Positions 58,522 to 64,000 of a stretch of DNA of 64,000 nucleotides are shown here, in pieces; within the stretch, counting starts at the first letter, position 1, and each line of letters opens with the position of its first letter. The notes under the pieces were generated by a model. That model did not search any database and was not told the origin of the DNA. It worked only from the letters and a program-made list of their open reading frames with translations. Position numbers and translations under genes: made by a program. Source of the stretch: Acidimicrobiia bacterium (GTDB taxonomy: Bacteria; Actinomycetota; Acidimicrobiia; Spongiisociales; UBA5794); NCBI GenBank assembly GCA_041608535.1, contig JBFISM010000003.1, positions 892 to 64,891 on the forward strand. Reading direction: 5' to 3'.

Positions 58522-58781
58522 GACCTCGGCGCTCCTTCTGTGCGGTTGCCAGATGGGCGCAAGGTCCGTTGTGGCGGTTCAGTACCTGCCAAGCGGGCGG
58601 ATCGGGATCCTGATATCGAGAGTGGCGCGGATGGTGGGGATCCTCCGGTCGTCGAGAAACCCACTCGTACCATCGTTTTCGAGGGGTCGGCGGCGACTTT
58701 GCAGGTTCTTGACAGGTTCAGCCGAAGGTGTTGGGCATGGAGCGAATGACCGGCGCACACGCACGGACGTATGGTTCAGAT

Positions 58782-61700
58782 GTGGATATCCGCGTACTCG
58801 GCCCCGTGTCGGTGGTTGTCGACGGACGGCCGCTGGCGCTGGGTGGGCAGAAGCAGCGGACGGTTCTGGCCCTCGTCATTGCCGGCGCTGGGCGCTCGGT
58901 ATCGGCCGATGCGCTGATCGCAGGCGTCTACGGCGACGACGCATCGGACGGCGCAAAGCGCACGATCCACACCTACGTCTCCAATCTGCGAAGAGAACTG
59001 GGTGACGTGATTGCGCCGTCTGGTGGCGGCTACGAGCTGCGTGGTGACCCAGCGTCGATCGACGCAGTGCGATTCGAGAAACTGTATCGAGACGGCAGCG
59101 AGCTCGTCGAGGATGCTCCCGAACAAGCGGCGACGCTGCTCAAGGACGCACTTGGGCTGTGGCGGGGTCATGCGTATGCGGACGTGGAGGCGCACACGGT
59201 GCTGGAGGCTGAGATGGCGCGCCTCGATGAGCTGCGCCTGTCTGCTCTCGAGGCGCGTCTCGGTGCCGACCTTGCGCTTGGTTTCCATCGCGATCTCGTC
59301 GGCGAGTTGGAAGCTGTGACCTCCGAATACCCGCTCAGGGAGCGACTCCGCGAGCACCAGATGCTGGCGCTGTACAGGGCGGGCCGCCAGAGCGAGGCCT
59401 TGCGGGTCTTCACACGGGCCCGGCAGTTCCTTGCTGATGAGCTTGGGATCGATCCATCCCGCGAACTGCAGGAGTTGGAGCAGAAGATCCTGATGCAGGA
59501 CCCCTCTCTCGATCTGAGACCGAGGGCTGTGATCCATCGTCGGGCGATCCTGGCCGCTGAGCTGGACGAGCGATCGCGATTCGTCCCGGTTCATGAATTG
59601 GACGCGGCGCTGGTGCGTCGCAATGACACACTCGAGGCGATGGCAGCTGCGTCGGGTGGTTCCGTGCTCGATGTGCGTGGTACCGCCGTGTATGCGCAGT
59701 TCCCGTCCGTCGGCGACGCAATCGAGGCGGCCCGGGCTCTCGTCGATTCGACTATCCAATCAGCGGTTGACTTCGGCGATATCGAGTTGGGTGATGACAG
59801 CGCCTCAGGACCGCCGGTCACGCGAGCACTGCGATTGGCTGCCGTCGCTCACCCAGCTCAGGTTCTCGTTGCTGAAGAAGCTCATGCCAAGCTGGCCACC
59901 GAGGGAACCGGTGGCTGGAGCGTTTCGGCGCTTGGTTTACAGACGATTCGGGGTCTGGATCGGCCGATCCAGGTCTTCCAGCTCGTCGGGGACGGTCTGA
60001 CGAACGACTTCCCTGCCCTTCGTCTCGATCGGTTGCCGCCACCATTGCCCGGCGGTTCGCCGGGATCAGTCGCCGGCTACGAGCTGAGAGAACAGCTTGG
60101 CGGCGGGGTGACCGGTGTTGTGCATCGTGCATACCAGCCGTCGGTCGGTCGCGAGGTGGCTGTCCGAGTCATCCGCCCCGAGCTTGTGGACGATCCGCGG
60201 TTCGTTCGTCGTTTCGAGGCTGAGGCGCAGCGGATCGCCGCCGTTGACCATCCGCACCTCGTGCCGCTGATCGACTACTGGCGAGAGCCAGACGGCGCGT
60301 TTCTGGTGCACAGGCTCATGCGGGGCCCCACGCTGCGGACCGAGATGTCTCGGCGGTCCCTGACACCTTCCGAGGTCCTTCCGTTGCTCGACCAGATCGG
60401 GGCCGCAGTGGCGGCAGGGCATGCACGAGGCGTCGCTCATGGTCGCATCCGACCCGAGAACGTGTTCTTTGATGAAAACGGATATGCCTACGTGGCCGAC
60501 CTTGGTCTTGCCGCGATGTTCGAAGCGATGGTGAGTGCACCGGTGGATGCCTACACCTCACCCGAGGCGATCGGCGGCGCACCATCGGTAAGTGGCGACA
60601 TCTACAGCCTGGCGGTCATCGCCGTCGAGCTGCTCGCCGGCGAGGAGCTGCCGATTGAGCGGGGTCTCCCGACATTGGGTTCCCCTGCCGACGGCGTGAT
60701 CAGCCGTGCCACCCACGCACAGCAGGTTCAGCGGCCATCATCGGTACGCCGATTGCTCGACGACCTCGCAGCTGCGCTCGGGTCTACAGAACCGTTGCGT
60801 GGGTCGGATCATCGGACCGATGTTCGCAATCCGTACAAGGGTCTGGAGGCCTTCCAGGAGGCCGACGCCGCTGACTTCCATGGACGAAGCGATCTGGTTG
60901 ACGAGCTCGTCGCCGCCGCGGAGACCCAGTCGTTCACGCTCGTTGCGGGTCCATTGGGTGTCGGGAAGTCGTCGGTGGTCCGTGCAGGACTCATCCCACG
61001 TATGCGCACTGGCGACACTGCGGGGTCGAGCGACTGGCTTGTCACAGATATGTTCCCCGGTGCTCGCCCCTTCGACGAACTCGAGGCTGCGATTGCTCGA
61101 GTTGCGATCCGAGCAACGGGACACTCCATCGAGGCCGTTCGGTCGGGCACGCGCACCCTTGCCGACATCGTCGCACAACTTCTCCCAGACGCGACGCGGC
61201 TGCTTCTCGTGATCGATCAGTTCGAGGAGCTGTTCACCCACAACTGCGACGAATCCACCCGGCGGCGGTTTCTGGAGAGCCTCATGTCGGTTGCCAACGA
61301 TCAGGCCGCACCGGTGCACGTTGTCGCCACGATGCGCGCCGACTTTCTCGACAAACCACTCGGGTACGCCGACTTTGGGCGCCTCCTGGCGTCTTCGACA
61401 CTGATGGTGCCGGCTCTCGGCAAAGGTGATCTGGCCGAAGTTGTGCGCCTCCCCGCCGAAAACGTCGGCGTTGCGATGGACGACGCCCTCGTGGAGGCGC
61501 TCAGTGCCGACGCTGACGACGAACCCGGGGGACTTCCGTTGCTACAGCACACATTGACCGAACTCTTTGAAGACCGACCAACGGACGAGCTCTCGATAGG
61601 CGACTACCGAGCTGCAGGCGGATTGGCCGGAGCCATCGGCCGGCGCGCTGAGTCGATCTACGACGACATCGACCCGACCGACCAGGCGACTGCACGGGAG

Positions 61701-64000
61701 GTCTTCCTCCGACTTGTCGTTGTCAACCCGGACAGCGAGGACACCAGGCGCCGTGTGAGGCGCACCGAGCTCGACCGCATCCCGGCTCCTTCGGAATCCA
61801 TCGGCCGAGTAATCGAGGCGTTCGGTCGTCACCGTCTCCTGGTGTTCGATCGCGACCCGACGACTCGCGCACCGACCGTGGAGGTTGCGCATGAAGCCCT
61901 CCTGAGGCAGTGGGACCGATTGGCCGCTTGGATCGATGGTGCCAGAGAAGACCTGCTGACTTCTCGTCGTCTCGAGACGGCAACCGCAGAGTGGGACCGT
62001 TCGGGCCGCGATCCCGGTTACCTCCTCAAAGGACCCCGCCTCGAACAAGCCGCGTCGTGGCGAACCGGGACTGTGCTCGAGCCCTCGGCAGCCGTGGGCG
62101 AATACATCGATGCCTCCATTGAACACGACGCACGAGAGCTCGAGGATCGTCAGTCGCGGCGGCGAGCCGTCCTTCGCGGCTTCGCAGTGGCAGCCGTCGT
62201 GTCGCTGGTCCTTGCGACGGTTGCGTGGGTGCAGCGGGGAAACGCACAGCGAGAAGCGCAGGTTGCAGAGGCTCGTGAGCTCGTGTCTTCGGCGGTGCAG
62301 AACTTGGAGGTCGATCCGGAACTCAGTGTGCTGCTGGCGCTCGAGGCGATTGAGAGGTTCAGAGCCGTAGGCGAACAATCTCAGGCGGCGCTGGTTGCAC
62401 TTCGCAATGGGATTGCCGGCCTGAAGACCGTCGCCGCACTTCCCGGAGGGGGATTCGTGGCCGTGAACGGCGATGGGTCGAGGCTGGTGACCCAGGCCGA
62501 GGGAGGTGGCATGGCGGTGTGGGACATCGCCGACGCCGAGGCTCCCCGGTACGTCGAGACGATCACCGGGATCGAAGGGATGGCAGCCGTCGATGGCGCT
62601 TTCCTCTCGACGAACGAGGTTTTCGTGTTCCTTGCTGCCGATTCCGAGAACATCAGTCAGATGGGACTCCTCGACCTGGAAACCATGTCATGGGATGAGC
62701 GACATACGCACGAGATCCCAGCCGTTCCGGAGAGCCCATGGTCCTTCGATGTCACTCCTGACGGTGGTCTTTACCTTCTTTCGGTCGGTGACCACCTGCA
62801 AGTGTTCGATGGAGACACCGGGGCGGAGCTGTATGAGCAGGAGCAGTGGCGCTTCTTCAATCCCGCGTTTTCGGAGGACTCGAGGCTTGTCTACATGCCG
62901 TTCGACGCTGCCGATCCCATCGGTGTCGTGATCGCGGATGCGCAGACGGGGGACGAGCTGCAGGCGATTCCGAGGTGTGAGCAGGAGGGACTCCTCCGCG
63001 AATTTGGGGGATGCCTTTCATTCGTCCCTGTTGAGGCTGCGTTCTCCCCTGACGGCGTACTCCTCGCCTACACGAGCGCCACGGGAGCGGCTGTCATGGA
63101 TCTGCGCACGGAGACAGAGAACTGGACCACTCGAGTCCAACGACCAAGGGGGAAGCCGGCGTGGGTCCTAGACCCCCCAAGCTCCTATTGCTACGACTCC
63201 TACGATCCGTTGACGGGAGATTGCGGGTCGATATATGTATTCCCGCAGGGAAGACTCCTGATCGGGGGCGACGCTGGTCTGGACGTGATCGACGCTGCGA
63301 CCGGCGCCGTCATCGGGACCGTAGCCAGCCACCGGGGTCCGGCTTGGGATTACGAGCTCATCCCAAAACGATCGCTCGTCGCGACCGTCGGCGTGGTAGA
63401 TAACGCGATCCGGCTCATTGACGTCACCCAGCAGCCACGAGGCGAGGTGGCGCGTTTCGGATCTCCCATCGTGTCTCCGTCGTCGATGCGGGCCAGCCCA
63501 TCAGGCGGGACGATCTTTGTACAGGATGAGAACGAATATGGGCTCGTTGACACTGCTACCGGTGACGAGCTCTTCTTCGTCACGAGAACCACCTTCGGGC
63601 ATGCGATCACCGAGTTCGAGTTTGCAGTCGCAAGCCGAGACGGTGCGTTCGTGGCGGGGGTGCAACAAGGCAGAGCGGCGGAGTATCACCGAGTGCTGGC
63701 CATCGATAGCTACTGGGAGGGCCTCTATGCCGCTCCCCCGGGTTGGACGATTCGGGGGATCAGCAGCGATGGCTCACTGGTGGTCATCACCAACGACTCC
63801 GCAGGCACCCGGTTGTTCCTGACTGCGGACGACTCCGATGTGGGCGTTCTCGACGTTGGAGGCAATCTGGTGGAGGCGTTCTTCTCGCCGGACGACGCCT
63901 ACGTCGTCACCAAGAGTGAGCGCGACGTTCGCTTGTGGAGTACCGAATCTGGGACACGTCTCAACGACCTGGGCGAGTTTGATGGCGTGAAGGTCGGGTT
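58782..64000 (+). CDS. Giant SARP/BTAD - cyclase-like - kinase-like - nSTAND1 NTPase - TM - WD40 protein (partial, runs off right edge)
   Basis: One frame from VDIRVLGP; read codon by codon without a stop to about 63300, remainder assumed open; YPLRERL..MLALYRAGRQSEAL; NPYKGLEAF, GPLGVGKSS, LLVIDQFEELFT, VEVAHEALLRQW; WD-like repeats. Confidence 0.9.
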   Translation, partial: MDIRVLGPVSVVVDGRPLALGGQKQRTVLALVIAGAGRSVSADALIAGVYGDDASDGAKRTIHTYVSNLRRELGDVIAPSGGGYELRGDPASIDAVRFEKLYRDGSELVEDAPEQAATLLKDALGLWRGHAYADVEAHTVLEAEMARLDELRLSALEARLGADLALGFHRDLVGELEAVTSEYPLRERLREHQMLALYRAGRQSEALRVFTRARQFLADELGIDPSRELQELEQKILMQDPSLDLRPRAVIHRRAILAAELDERSRFVPVHELDAALVRRNDTLEAMAAASGGSVLDVRGTAVYAQFPSVGDAIEAARALVDSTIQSAVDFGDIELGDDSASGPPVTRALRLAAVAHPAQVLVAEEAHAKLATEGTGGWSVSALGLQTIRGLDRPIQVFQLVGDGLTNDFPALRLDRLPPPLPGGSPGSVAGYELREQLGGGVTGVVHRAYQPSVGREVAVRVIRPELVDDPRFVRRFEAEAQRIAAVDHPHLVPLIDYWREPDGAFLVHRLMRGPTLRTEMSRRSLTPSEVLPLLDQIGAAVAAGHARGVAHGRIRPENVFFDENGYAYVADLGLAAMFEAMVSAPVDAYTSPEAIGGAPSVSGDIYSLAVIAVELLAGEELPIERGLPTLGSPADGVISRATHAQQVQRPSSVRRLLDDLAAALGSTEPLRGSDHRTDVRNPYKGLEAFQEADAADFHGRSDLVDELVAAAETQSFTLVAGPLGVGKSSVVRAGLIPRMRTGDTAGSSDWLVTDMFPGARPFDELEAAIARVAIRATGHSIEAVRSGTRTLADIVAQLLPDATRLLLVIDQFEELFTHNCDESTRRRFLESLMSVANDQAAPVHVVATMRADFLDKPLGYADFGRLLASSTLMVPALGKGDLAEVVRLPAENVGVAMDDALVEALSADADDEPGGLPLLQHTLTELFEDRPTDELSIGDYRAAGGLAGAIGRRAESIYDDIDPTDQATAREVFLRLVVVNPDSEDTRRRVRRTELDRIPAPSESIGRVIEAFGRHRLLVFDRDPTTRAPTVEVAHEALLRQWDRLAAWIDGAREDLLTSRRLETATAEWDRSGRDPGYLLKGPRLEQAASWRTGTVLEPSAAVGEYIDASIEHDARELEDRQSRRRAVLRGFAVAAVVSLVLATVAWVQRGNAQREAQVAEARELVSSAVQNLEVDPELSVLLALEAIERFRAVGEQSQAALVALRNGIAGLKTVAALPGGGFVAVNGDGSRLVTQAEGGGMAVWDIADAEAPRYVETITGIEGMAAVDGAFLSTNEVFVFLAADSENISQMGLLDLETMSWDERHTHEIPAVPESPWSFDVTPDGGLYLLSVGDHLQVFDGDTGAELYEQEQWRFFNPAFSEDSRLVYMPFDAADPIGVVIADAQTGDELQAIPRCEQEGLLREFGGCLSFVPVEAAFSPDGVLLAYTSATGAAVMDLRTETENWTTRVQRPRGKPAWVLDPPSSYCYDSYDPLTGDCGSIYVFPQGRLLIGGDAGLDVIDAATGAVIGTVASHRGPAWDYELIPKRSLVATVGVVDNAIRLIDVTQQPRGEVARFGSPIVSPSSMRASPSGGTIFVQDENEYGLVDTATGDELFFVTRTTFGHAITEFEFAVASRDGAFVAGVQQGRAAEYHRVLAIDSYWEGLYAAPPGWTIRGISSDGSLVVITNDSAGTRLFLTADDSDVGVLDVGGNLVEAFFSPDDAYVVTKSERDVRLWSTESGTRLNDLGEFDGVKVG

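Overview
High-GC, gene-dense bacterial chromosome segment, most consistent with an actinobacterium (Acidimicrobiia-like: F420-type LLM oxidoreductases, Rv0474/hbhA-like gene pair, many apparently leaderless genes). About 60 CDS; I saw no rRNA, tRNA, CRISPR array, integrase or transposase. Main observations: (1) two in-frame UGA codons that look like selenocysteine, one in selD and one in a MauF/DsbD-like membrane protein (WSP-U-GES). Each is followed, exactly 26 nt downstream, by a hairpin with a GG-starting loop. (2) The second Sec protein lies in a six-gene coupled operon (MauE, Tat-exported 26-Cys protein, MauD-like thioredoxin, Sec-MauF-like, conserved hypothetical, SLH protein) with no MauB or MauG in the window. 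This is the best candidate for an undescribed selenium-dependent redox/maturation system. (3) A DNA-repair neighbourhood: endonuclease IV fused to a LigD-type primase-polymerase, a divergent Pnkp-like kinase fused to an LLM oxidoreductase, a flap-type 5'-3' exonuclease, a nearby SRAP protein, and an unannotated ~180-nt structured RNA candidate. Also present: a polysaccharide cluster with a flippase-kinase fusion, and an accessory right end with a decayed gene, secreted proteins and a giant BTAD-pseudocyclase-pseudokinase-STAND-WD40 protein. Family assignments come from recalled motifs and RNA folds were done by hand; no searches were run.
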